From Rhodobiaceae bacterium (GTDB lineage Bacteria; Pseudomonadota; Alphaproteobacteria; Rhizobiales; JANQQB01): a DNA stretch of 64,000 nt. Below the pieces are notes generated by a model. The model was not told the origin of the DNA and made no database searches. It saw only the letters and a program-made list of their open reading frames with translations. Location: the NCBI GenBank assembly GCA_028285165.1, contig JANQQB010000278.1, positions 394 to 64,393 on the forward strand. Reading direction: 5' to 3'. Of this stretch, positions 1 to 8,706 are shown piece after piece. Positions within the stretch are counted from its first letter, which is position 1. The number at the start of each line of letters is the position of its first letter. A program made the position numbers and the translations under genes.

Positions 1-89
1 CGGCGCCGTGAATGCCCCGGAAACGGTCGACAATCTCTGGATGTTCCGGCGCTGTCCGGGAGGCCTTTTCGGTGCAATCCGGCACACCG

Positions 90-656
90 TCAGCCGGTCA
101 CCATGCGCATCAATATGCGGTCGCGGCGCACGAACTGATGATAGAACACCCCGGCTAAATGCAGCACCACCAGAGCGGCGGTGGCCAATCCGAGATAGCC
201 GTGGATCGGCAGAAGGAAATCGGACAGCGGGCGGTTCTTTTCGACGATAGCCGGGAGTTCGAAAAGCCAGAAAACCGTGATCTTTGCCGGATAAGCCGAC
301 GTTCCCACCCAGCCGATGAAAGGGTTCACAAGCAGCAGGGCATAGAGGCTGACATGGACGAATTTGGCCATACCGTGCTGCCAGGCCGGGATGTCGGAGG
401 GCAGGGGACGGGGCGGATTGAAAAGACGGTATGCGATGCGCACGATTATCAGCACCATCAATACGGCGCCGACGGAGCGGTGATAATCATACAGATTGTT
501 CTTGAGCGTGCTGCCCCATTCCAGTTGCACCATGACAATGCCGGCCGGAACCATGGTCAGGACGCCGATGGCCGTGATCCAGTGCAGCAGCCGTGCCGTT
601 GCCGAATAGGCCGGACCGTCCGCCGTCGAGTCTGCCGGGCTGTCAAAGGTGGCCAT
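90..656 (-). CDS. Cytochrome b561 (YceJ/CybB family)
   Basis: ARLLHWITA, YHRSVG, VHVSLY and HLAGVFYHQF heme-His motifs in 4 TM helices; start moved to ATG 656 behind a GGAG RBS. Confidence 0.88.
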   Translation of the reverse strand: MATFDSPADSTADGPAYSATARLLHWITAIGVLTMVPAGIVMVQLEWGSTLKNNLYDYHRSVGAVLMVLIIVRIAYRLFNPPRPLPSDIPAWQHGMAKFVHVSLYALLLVNPFIGWVGTSAYPAKITVFWLFELPAIVEKNRPLSDFLLPIHGYLGLATAALVVLHLAGVFYHQFVRRDRILMRMVTG

Positions 657-798
657 GCCGCACTCCGTGTTCCGGGCGGACTCCGTCGACCGGACCAATC
701 TGGCCATGGATCGCCCTCAGTCGACCAGTACATCATGGATGAGCGGAAATTGTGAAGCGCTCGGCGTATCACAAATGCGCGCGGCGTAACGCCGCGCC

Positions 799-1608
799 TC
801 AGGACGGAAAGGCCGCGACGTCGCGATGCCCGACCACGATGCGGGACACGCCGCTGTCGACGGCCTCCAGCCGACGCGTGAGCCAGGCCTGCGCCTGATC
901 CTCCGTCACCAGGCCGGTCTCCGCGGCCACATCCGCCCAGCCGGTCAAAAGATCGCGCTGGAGTTCCGCATCTGTCTCGTCCAGGCGCCAATTGGCTTCG
1001 CGATCGATCACCTTGAAGCGGGCGACGCCAAACAGTTTGACCAGGCGGTCCGCCGCGGTCGGGCCCAGCGCCGGCCCGAAACCCTTGTCGCCCTTCTGGT
1101 GCCGGTTGTGGGCCGCAACGATCCGCGGATCGCTCGGATCCTTCGGAGTGAAAATGACCGAGCCGGTATAGGTCAGCGCCGCGTAGACGGGAATCCGTTC
1201 CATCATGGCATAGGTCACAAGTCGGGAAAGCCAGTCGGCTGAGACAAGATCGAGAAATGCCGATGTCGTGACCAGGTTCGGCTGATGGCTGACAATCCCT
1301 GACGGAAAGCGGTTCAGGTCGACCGAATGCGTCTGCACGTCGAGCCGCGTCTGCCGGGTCTTTTCTGCCTGACGCCGGGCTTCATCGAGAAGGTCGGTGT
1401 CGTTGTCGAACAGATGCCAGGTCTGCTTGACCTCGATCGCCTCGGCCAAAGCGCGAACCGTCGACCCGGTGCCGGATGCAAGATCGGCAACAACCGCCTG
1501 CTTTGTCTTGTTCAGATAGCCGGTTACGATCTCCCGCACCGCCGGGTTGCGCGCGGCATGGTCCGCGGGTTCCCGCAGGTGCAGCCAGTCAGTCGAGAAT
1601 CCTGTCAT
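799..1608 (-). CDS. Class I SAM-dependent methyltransferase-like protein
   Basis: FSTDWLHLREPAD N-terminus, VADLASGTGS SAM motif, SAFLDLVS; ATG 1608 overlaps the upstream stop (ATGA). Confidence 0.82.
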   Translation of the reverse strand: MTGFSTDWLHLREPADHAARNPAVREIVTGYLNKTKQAVVADLASGTGSTVRALAEAIEVKQTWHLFDNDTDLLDEARRQAEKTRQTRLDVQTHSVDLNRFPSGIVSHQPNLVTTSAFLDLVSADWLSRLVTYAMMERIPVYAALTYTGSVIFTPKDPSDPRIVAAHNRHQKGDKGFGPALGPTAADRLVKLFGVARFKVIDREANWRLDETDAELQRDLLTGWADVAAETGLVTEDQAQAWLTRRLEAVDSGVSRIVVGHRDVAAFPS

Positions 1609-2675
1609 GCGACCTGCTCCAGGATGGATGCGAAGCGGTGCGCAGCATCCTCCCAGGTTTGAAATGCGGCTCCTGACCTGCGTGCCTGTTCCGCCGCTTT
1701 CTGTCTGGCCTGTCCGTCTTCCAGCATGGTGCGCAGGGCGTCGCACAGACCTGTCGGATTATCCGGTGCAACCAGCAGTCCCGTGCCCGGCGGAACGGTC
1801 GAGGTGATGGCGCCGCCGGTTGTCCCGATCACCGGCAAACCATGCAGGACCGCTTCAGCATAGGCCATCCCATATCCCTCATAATGCGATGCGAGCGCAA
1901 ACAGGTCGCTGGACAGATAGGCGTCGCGCAAAGCCTGGTCGGGGACTGCACCGGTCAGGACGACCCTGTCGTGCAGACCGTTGTCTGCGATCAGAGACCG
2001 CAACAACCGGGTATGGTCCGGATCGCGGTCGTCGGCTCCGACGATGGTCAATGTCCAGTCCAGCGCGGTCAGCTCCGCCAGCGCGGTGATCAGCCGGTCA
2101 TGTCCCTTGCGGGGGACAAGGCTGCCGACCGAGAGAATGCGCACGGGACCGTCCCGTTCGATGGGCGGAAGCGTTTCGGGACGGTCGAAACCCGGTTCGA
2201 CGGTCCAGACATTGTGCGCCTCGACAGAGAAGTCTTCACACACACGGGTCTTGGTCTCGGGGCTCGTCGTAATCACGCCGCGAACGCGGGACAGGGCGAT
2301 GCGCTCGCTTTCGAACAGATCGCGGCGTTGCTCCTCCGTAAGCCCGGTCTCAAGGTACAGCGGGTGGTGCACCAGCGCCAGCAAGGGCCGACGCTCCGAC
2401 AGGTGTGCGGCGGTCTCCGGCATGACACCGAGTGCCAGGCCGTCGACGACCAGAACCGACGGATTGCCGTCGCCAAGCAGGTAATCCTGCGCTCGCTGCA
2501 AGGTTTGCGGCTCGGGAAACGGGAAACCGGTGCCGACGTCCAATACGGTCACTGTCCAGCCGTCGGCGTCGAGACCGGAAAGGATCTTCTTGTCGTACAA
2601 GAAGCCACCCGTCGGCGTCTGTAAACTGCCCGGAACCGCAAAAGTGAGATGTCTATGAGACTGTGTCGAGGTCAA
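1605..2675 (-). CDS. Glycosyltransferase family 4 (GT-B)
   Basis: TGGFLYD, VGSLVPRKGHD, SHYEGYGMAYAEA (EX7E) motifs; TTG start overlaps the upstream stop. Confidence 0.9.
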   Translation of the reverse strand: MTSTQSHRHLTFAVPGSLQTPTGGFLYDKKILSGLDADGWTVTVLDVGTGFPFPEPQTLQRAQDYLLGDGNPSVLVVDGLALGVMPETAAHLSERRPLLALVHHPLYLETGLTEEQRRDLFESERIALSRVRGVITTSPETKTRVCEDFSVEAHNVWTVEPGFDRPETLPPIERDGPVRILSVGSLVPRKGHDRLITALAELTALDWTLTIVGADDRDPDHTRLLRSLIADNGLHDRVVLTGAVPDQALRDAYLSSDLFALASHYEGYGMAYAEAVLHGLPVIGTTGGAITSTVPPGTGLLVAPDNPTGLCDALRTMLEDGQARQKAAEQARRSGAAFQTWEDAAHRFASILEQVA

Positions 2676-3073
2676 TAAAGATCCGCCTCGTACCAGGCGC
2701 GGGCCACATGGGATTCGGAAATCGTCACACGGATCGCCTTCAATTGCCTGCCCGGGCGTCCGAGGCCATCGGCGCGCGCCGCTTCGGCCAGCCCGTCATA
2801 GACATGGCGGGTCAGGAATTCCGTCGTGGTGTTGCGGCCGGCAAATTCCGGCATGTCGTCGAGATTCTTGTAATTGATCGGCTCAAGAACAGATCTCAGG
2901 ACATCGTGCGCCCGGCCGATATCGATCACGATGCCGTTCTCGTCCAGTGTTTCGGCGATGAAACACGCGTCGATGACAAAGGTCGCCCCGTGGAGATTCT
3001 GCGCCGGGCCGAACACGTCGCCCCGAAAACTATGGGCGATCATGACGTGATCGCGCACTTCAACGGCATACAT
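2672..3073 (-). CDS. 6-pyruvoyl-tetrahydropterin synthase/QueD-like (COG0720) protein, atypical subfamily
   Basis: MIAHSF, FGPAQNLHGATF, NTTTEFL, ESH T-fold motifs; lacks the QueD CxxxHGH motif. Confidence 0.85.
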   Translation of the reverse strand: MYAVEVRDHVMIAHSFRGDVFGPAQNLHGATFVIDACFIAETLDENGIVIDIGRAHDVLRSVLEPINYKNLDDMPEFAGRNTTTEFLTRHVYDGLAEAARADGLGRPGRQLKAIRVTISESHVARAWYEADLY

Positions 3074-3138
3074 GAACTTCTCCTTCCAGGTTGCGCAACA
3101 TTCCGGGGCGACCGATGACCGAGATGCGCCACTTCGGA

Positions 3139-4140
3139 CTAATCATAAAAACTGCCTCGGTCGTAGGTGATGCGATGGCACAGACCGCCGGCGCCGGGCG
3201 CCAGCCATTCTGCGAGACGGACGGGCGCCTCGCGAAACGGACATGATGAATCGAGGAGGGCGTCAAGGCGGCTGTCGTCTAAAAGCGTCATTGCGGCGGA
3301 AAGACGGCGTCGATGGTCCCAGCGCGCGCGCCGCGGTGCGGAAACGGAGCCGACCTGGCTGGCGATCAGCCGCAGCCGGTTCGCATGAAACGTGCCGCCC
3401 AGTTCGACCGATACGCTGCTTTCTCCGTACCACGACAGCTCAACGATGTCGGATTCGAACCCGGCCAGTGACAGCGCCGTTTGCAATCCGCTTTCGCTGG
3501 CACTTGCGTGGAAGACGATATCGAACGGTCCGCCAAGATCGGAATCGGCACGCCGAAACGGCACGTCAAGCCGTTCGGCGACTGTCTCGCGAGCGGGATT
3601 GACGTCGATCAGGCAGACGTCGCTGCCGGGCAGGCGCGCGGCCAGGTAGGCCGTCAGGCAACCCACGACGCCGGCTCCGACGACGGCAATCCGGTCGGCG
3701 GGACCGGCGCCGGCATCCCAGATCGCGTTCAGCGCGGTCTCCATATTAGCTGCGAGGACGGCCCGATGATCAGGAATTCTGACAGGGATTTCAGTCAATT
3801 TATCGCGATTGAGGACAAACAGGGTCTGGTGCGGATGCAAGCAAAACACGTTTTTTTCAACAAGTTGCGAGCAACCGCCAACAACCCGTCCAACCATCGC
3901 ATACCCGTATTTGACGGGGTACGGAAAGGTACCCTCCTGGCCGGGCGCGCGCATGCGCGAATGCTCCGACTTCGGAATTTTCCCTTGAAATACAAGGCTT
4001 TCCGTTCCCCGGCTTACGCCGCTGACAAGCGCCTCAACCAAAACTTCATCCGGGCCCGGGTCCGAAAGGGGCGCCGGCCGAATGATCGCCTTCGGTCCCG
4101 CGTCGTACCAGATCGCGGCCGCTTCGTTCACATTTTCCAT
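3139..4140 (-). CDS. MDR-family (zinc-type alcohol dehydrogenase-like) oxidoreductase
   Basis: GAGVVG Rossmann motif; SGVSRGTE and KYGY replace the Zn-binding C...GHE motif. Confidence 0.85.
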   Translation of the reverse strand: MENVNEAAAIWYDAGPKAIIRPAPLSDPGPDEVLVEALVSGVSRGTESLVFQGKIPKSEHSRMRAPGQEGTFPYPVKYGYAMVGRVVGGCSQLVEKNVFCLHPHQTLFVLNRDKLTEIPVRIPDHRAVLAANMETALNAIWDAGAGPADRIAVVGAGVVGCLTAYLAARLPGSDVCLIDVNPARETVAERLDVPFRRADSDLGGPFDIVFHASASESGLQTALSLAGFESDIVELSWYGESSVSVELGGTFHANRLRLIASQVGSVSAPRRARWDHRRRLSAAMTLLDDSRLDALLDSSCPFREAPVRLAEWLAPGAGGLCHRITYDRGSFYD

Positions 4141-4241
4141 GGCTAAACGTGTCTTGTTTGCATCGCAATATGGCCTTCCCCTCGTCGTAATCGCGCATTA
4201 GATACCGCGACCAGTCAGTCCTGCCCAAAGGGTTTTTCTAC

Positions 4242-6098
4242 ATGCCATCTGTGGTGCCTCATTCGGGATCCCGCGGTCTTTCGAATTCCGAAACGCTCGT
4301 CCTGCAAAGACGACGCGTGTTTGCTTTGCTTGTTCTGTCGACGATAGCCGGGCTGGTCGCCTTGATGGGCTATACCCTTTCACGGGGCGGTATTTCCGCT
4401 CCGGAGTGGCTTTTATTGGCATGTTTTACAGTCACGCTTCCCTGGACGGTCATCGGCTTTTGGAACGCGGTTATCGGACTGGCGGTCATGCGGCTGGCAA
4501 AGGATCCGGCCCGGCATGTCTTGCCCGCGCTCGGTGCGGTTTCTGACACACAGCAGATCACCGCGTCCACTGCCATGCTGGTCTGCATCCGCAACGAAGA
4601 GGTCGATACGGTCTTCCGGAACGTGGCCGCGATGATCGACGGACTCATTCGTGCGGGGCACGGCGAGAAATTCCATTTTTACGTCCTGAGCGACACCGAT
4701 CAGGCCGATATCGCGGCCGATGAAGACGCGGCCTTTGCAGAGCTGCAGCGCCGGTCTGGCGACCGGATCGCGCTGACATACCGTCGGCGCGAACAAAATC
4801 CCGGTTACAAGGCCGGCAACATTCGCGACTTCTGCGACCGCTGGGGCAACCAGCACGATTTTGCCCTGACACTCGACGCCGACAGCTACATGACGACGGA
4901 CGCGATCCTGCGCCTCGTCCGGCTGATGCAGGCGGATCCGAAGATCGGGATCGCCCAGAGCCTCGTCACGGGATTGCCGAGCACCAGCGCGTTTGCCCGC
5001 ATATTCCAGTTCGGCATGCGCCACGGCATGCGCTCCTACACGATCGGCAGTGCCTGGTGGCAGGGAGATTGCGGTCCGTATTGGGGGCATAATGCCGTTA
5101 TCCGGCTGAAACCCTTCATGGAGCACTGCCATTTGCCGGTGCTTTCCGGCAAGCCGCCGCTCGGTGGCTGGATCCTGAGCCACGACCAGATCGAGGCCGT
5201 GCTGATGCGGCGCGCCGGATATGACGTGCGTGTCGTCGCCGACGATCAGGGCAGTTGGGAGGAGAACCCGACGACGCTGCCGGAATTCATTCGGCGCGAC
5301 CTGCGCTGGTGTCAGGGCAACATGCAATATTTCAAGCTGCTCGGAATGACCGGTCTGAAACCGGTCAGCCGAATACAGCTGGTCCTGGCAATCCTGATGT
5401 TCCTCGGGGCACCGGCCTGGATCCTTTTCGTCATCACCGTGTCGCTGCTCTACGCCTTGTCGTCGTCGCCGGCCGAACTCCTGTGGCCGGGCACCGGTTC
5501 TGCGATTTTCGCCATCATCATGACGATGGTCTTTGCGCCGAAGATCGCCAGCCTGGTCGACACGATGCTGCGGCGTGAGACGCGGCGGAGCTATGGTGGC
5601 GGCTTCCGCCTCATGACAAGCGCTGTCGTTGAAATCGTATTCTCCGTGCTTCTGGCACCTATCATGGCCGTCATCCAAACGGTGTTCCTGGCCGGTCTCC
5701 CGTTCGGCCGCAAGATCGGCTGGCCGTCGCAGCAGCGCACCAGTCATGCCGTACCGATGGCCGTTGCCGTCAAACGTCTCTGGATGCCGACCGTTTTCGG
5801 CGCGATTTCCATGGCGTGGCTGTACAACGGGTTCACGATGGCCACGCTGTTTGCCCTGCCGGTCTTCCTCGGTCCGCTTCTGGCCATCCCGTTTGCGATG
5901 GGATCGGCATGGCAACCGGTCGGCGCGGTCCTCACGCGCCTCGGCCTGGCCGCCGTGCCGGAAGAATATACCAGGCCGCCGGCCCTGCTGCCGCTTCACC
6001 TGGAGGCCATGGGATCGATCGCGCCGGAGGTCGAACCGGAAACCGGTCTGCAGGGCGAGGGCGCGCTGCAACCGGTCTCACAAACGATCAACAGCTGA
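4242..6098 (+). CDS. opgH: Osmoregulated periplasmic glucan biosynthesis glucosyltransferase H (GT2)
   Basis: LSDT, KAGNIRDF, LDADS, YWGHNA, SHDQIEA, EENP and RRDLRWCQGN motifs plus multiple TM helices. Confidence 0.93.
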   Translation: MPSVVPHSGSRGLSNSETLVLQRRRVFALLVLSTIAGLVALMGYTLSRGGISAPEWLLLACFTVTLPWTVIGFWNAVIGLAVMRLAKDPARHVLPALGAVSDTQQITASTAMLVCIRNEEVDTVFRNVAAMIDGLIRAGHGEKFHFYVLSDTDQADIAADEDAAFAELQRRSGDRIALTYRRREQNPGYKAGNIRDFCDRWGNQHDFALTLDADSYMTTDAILRLVRLMQADPKIGIAQSLVTGLPSTSAFARIFQFGMRHGMRSYTIGSAWWQGDCGPYWGHNAVIRLKPFMEHCHLPVLSGKPPLGGWILSHDQIEAVLMRRAGYDVRVVADDQGSWEENPTTLPEFIRRDLRWCQGNMQYFKLLGMTGLKPVSRIQLVLAILMFLGAPAWILFVITVSLLYALSSSPAELLWPGTGSAIFAIIMTMVFAPKIASLVDTMLRRETRRSYGGGFRLMTSAVVEIVFSVLLAPIMAVIQTVFLAGLPFGRKIGWPSQQRTSHAVPMAVAVKRLWMPTVFGAISMAWLYNGFTMATLFALPVFLGPLLAIPFAMGSAWQPVGAVLTRLGLAAVPEEYTRPPALLPLHLEAMGSIAPEVEPETGLQGEGALQPVSQTINS

Positions 6099-6217
6099 TG
6101 CGGTCGTGCAATTCGGCAACAGGTCTTTCGAATTTCGACCGCGCTGCGGCATGAGACGATTTGGAGGCTTTGGGACGGATTGATTCGGCCCCATACTCGG
6201 TCTCGTCAGCAACTATC

Positions 6218-6234
6218 AGAAAGGAGGTGATCCA
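6218..6234 (+). promoter_or_regulatory. Extended Shine-Dalgarno (AGAAAGGAGGTGATCCA), 17-nt complement of the 16S rRNA 3' end
   Basis: Exact reverse complement of TGGATCACCTCCTTTCT; immediately followed by ATG at 6235. Confidence 0.85.
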
Positions 6235-6327
6235 ATGTCTAGTGGGAATACGGCAATTCGCCAGTGCCTTTTCGGGGGTCCGGACAGTGGAGCAGCCTTC
6301 ACCATTCGGGTGTCCCGAGCAATCTAA
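6235..6327 (+). CDS. Putative 30-aa small protein (MSSGNTAIRQCLFGGPDSGAAFTIRVSRAI) or sORF within an sRNA
   Basis: ATG directly after the extended SD, TAA at 6325-6327, terminator about 30 nt downstream. Confidence 0.5.
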   Translation: MSSGNTAIRQCLFGGPDSGAAFTIRVSRAI

Positions 6328-6358
6328 TCCAGAGGCAAGGTGAATTCCTTATCTCACG

Positions 6359-6387
6359 GAAAGGCCGCTTCGGCGGCCTTTCTTTTT
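6359..6387 (+). terminator. Rho-independent terminator
   Basis: GAAAGGCCGC-TTCG-GCGGCCTTTC 10-bp stem with a UUCG loop, followed by TTTTT. Confidence 0.92.
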
Positions 6388-6600
6388 GCCGACGATAGTC
6401 CGGCCCGCCCCGGATCCAGAGTATCGAAGCGGTCGAGTTTGACTAAAACCCTATCGATCCCGACGGCCTCTTCCTAACCCTGCGCCGACAGGTGGCGACA
6501 TTACTTTAAATTGAAAACAATTCCTTTGCGCTTTTGAAGGACGCGCCGCCGATCCTTGCGCGATGTTGCCGAATACTGTTTTCGCGGAGGGACATGCCTG

Positions 6601-8667
6601 ATGACCGCCGATAATGATCAGCGGGCGGATCCGCGTGCCACCGAACTGGCCTATCCGTTTTTCCTGAAGCGCATGACCAGCGCCTACCTGGTGGCGCTCG
6701 CCTTCAGCGCGCTTGTCTGCGTGGCGGGCTTTGCAATCCTGACGCAGATCAGCGCGGGATCGGAAACTGCGCCGTCGGTGGTGAACATCAGCGCCCGTCA
6801 GGCGATGCTCCTGCAGCGATCGGCGACGCTTGCCGGGGAAATGCTGAATGCGACCACGCCGCAGGCGCAGTCTCGCGCGCGGGAGGAACTTGAAAAGGCG
6901 CGCGAACTGATGCTGTCATCGCACACCGCGCTGACCACCGGCGATCCGCTGCTCGGCCTGTCGCGCGATCTGTCGGACTCGATCCACCGGCTGCATTTTT
7001 CCGAGCCCTGGACCATCGACCGAAAACTCAGGGCCTATGTTGCGCTCATCGATCAGATGGTCGCGGAGATCGATTCCGACCGCCCGGCCGCCGAACTCGC
7101 CTACGAGAAACTGCATGGGATGGTGGAAGGCGACCTCCTGACCTCACTCAACCTGGCGGCCGCCGAACATGAGCGCCAGGCCGTGATTAAGGCCGAAAAC
7201 GTGGCCTTCGGCCACGCGCTCTGGACCGCAGCCCTGCTTCTTGCACTCCTGATCCAGGCGGTGTTCATCTTCCGACCGCTTGCCCGGTCGATTGCCGAAC
7301 GCACGTCGGATCTGGTCGAGGCCAAAGCCAAGGTCGAGCATGCCTCTTTGCACGATATGCTCACCAATCTTCCGAACCGCCGGCAATGCGCGGAGGAACT
7401 GGAAAAAGCAATCGCCTCGGCGGCCCGCAACAAGCGCCGGGTGGCGATCCTGCATATCGATCTGGACCGGTTCAAGGCGATCAACGACACGTTCGGACAT
7501 GCGGTCGGGGATTCCGTCCTGGTGGCGGCGGCCCGGCGGTTCGAACGCTCCGTGCGCCGGGGCGATACGATCGCCCGGCTTGGCGGAGACGAATTCGTGA
7601 TCATCGCACCGATCGAAGCCGAACCGACGGAGGCCGCCCGGATCGGCACGCGGATCCTGAAAAAGATGAGCCGGCCGATCCAGTGCGGCTCGCACACGGT
7701 GACGACCGGGGCGAGCGTCGGCATCTCGATCTATCCGGACGACGAGGTCGATCCGGAACAATTGCTGATCAACGCCGACATCGCGCTCTACCGGGCGAAA
7801 GAAGAGGGACGGGGCCGTGTCTCGTTCTTCTCTCCGGAAATGCGCCGCGACTTCGAGGAACGCGAAAAGATCGAAGCCGATCTGCGCCGGGCGATCGCCA
7901 ACGACGAATTCGAAGTGCATTTCCAGCCGCAGGTCCGCGACGATGAGGACAAGGTCGTCGGCATGGAGGCACTGGTCCGCTGGCGGCACCCGGAACAGGA
8001 CCTGATCAGCGCCGAACACTTCATGCCGGTGGCCCAGTCAAGCGGCCTGATCGTGCCGATCGGAAAGCGCGTCATCGACCATGCGCTGGCCGCAGCCCAG
8101 TCCTGGACCGAAAAGGGGTTCGAGTACGGTGTCGTGTCGATCAACGTTTCATCCCAGCAGATCCGGGACGACCGGTTCGTGGAATTCCTGCAGGAACGCA
8201 TGGAGCGGTATGGCATCGACCCGGACAAGGTGGCCATCGAAGTGGTCGAAGCCGTGCTGACCGACCAGCGTAACGAATCCATCGGCAAGATGATCGATCG
8301 GCTGCAGCATCTTGGCGTGACCGTCGAACTGGACGATTTCGGAACGGGCTACGCGGCACTGAGTCATTTGAAGCGCTACAAGATCAACCGGCTGAAAATC
8401 GACCGGACCTTTGTCGGCGCGATCGGGACGGAAGCCCAGAACATCGACCTGATCAAGACGCTGGTCGACGTCGCCCGGAACTTCGGCATCGATGTGCTGG
8501 CCGAAGGGGTCGAGACCGAGGCGCAACGGACATTTCTCAACGCGCTCGGCTGCATGCAGGTGCAGGGATATCAGGTTGCCCGTCCGATGGCCCCGGATGC
8601 GGCAACCGACTGGCTGGCCGCGCGCGAAACCGATCTCGCGACGCCGAACGTGCGCGAATCCGCTTGA
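6601..8667 (+). CDS. Membrane-anchored GGDEF-EAL c-di-GMP enzyme with a PilJ/NarX-like periplasmic sensor
   Basis: 2 TM helices flanking VNISARQAMLLQR; RLGGDEF; MEALVRW; LDDFGTGY; AEGVET; GGAGG RBS before ATG 6601. Confidence 0.9.
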   Translation: MTADNDQRADPRATELAYPFFLKRMTSAYLVALAFSALVCVAGFAILTQISAGSETAPSVVNISARQAMLLQRSATLAGEMLNATTPQAQSRAREELEKARELMLSSHTALTTGDPLLGLSRDLSDSIHRLHFSEPWTIDRKLRAYVALIDQMVAEIDSDRPAAELAYEKLHGMVEGDLLTSLNLAAAEHERQAVIKAENVAFGHALWTAALLLALLIQAVFIFRPLARSIAERTSDLVEAKAKVEHASLHDMLTNLPNRRQCAEELEKAIASAARNKRRVAILHIDLDRFKAINDTFGHAVGDSVLVAAARRFERSVRRGDTIARLGGDEFVIIAPIEAEPTEAARIGTRILKKMSRPIQCGSHTVTTGASVGISIYPDDEVDPEQLLINADIALYRAKEEGRGRVSFFSPEMRRDFEEREKIEADLRRAIANDEFEVHFQPQVRDDEDKVVGMEALVRWRHPEQDLISAEHFMPVAQSSGLIVPIGKRVIDHALAAAQSWTEKGFEYGVVSINVSSQQIRDDRFVEFLQERMERYGIDPDKVAIEVVEAVLTDQRNESIGKMIDRLQHLGVTVELDDFGTGYAALSHLKRYKINRLKIDRTFVGAIGTEAQNIDLIKTLVDVARNFGIDVLAEGVETEAQRTFLNALGCMQVQGYQVARPMAPDAATDWLAARETDLATPNVRESA

Positions 8668-8706
8668 TCGGATACTGGCGAAACCGGTCGGCGCGTGCCC
8701 TAGGCG

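Noticed and set aside
4413-6071. Long antisense ORFs (552 aa here; also 14595-16280, 20037-21500, 51380-52735, 54188-55642, 58252-59439)
   Set aside because: Shadow frames of well-supported genes in high-GC DNA, with no recognisable motifs.
6218-6234. Possible 16S rRNA gene fragment on the minus strand
   Set aside because: The match stops after 17 nt (CCAAT rather than CCAGCC) and no further rRNA sequence follows; it is better explained as an extended SD.
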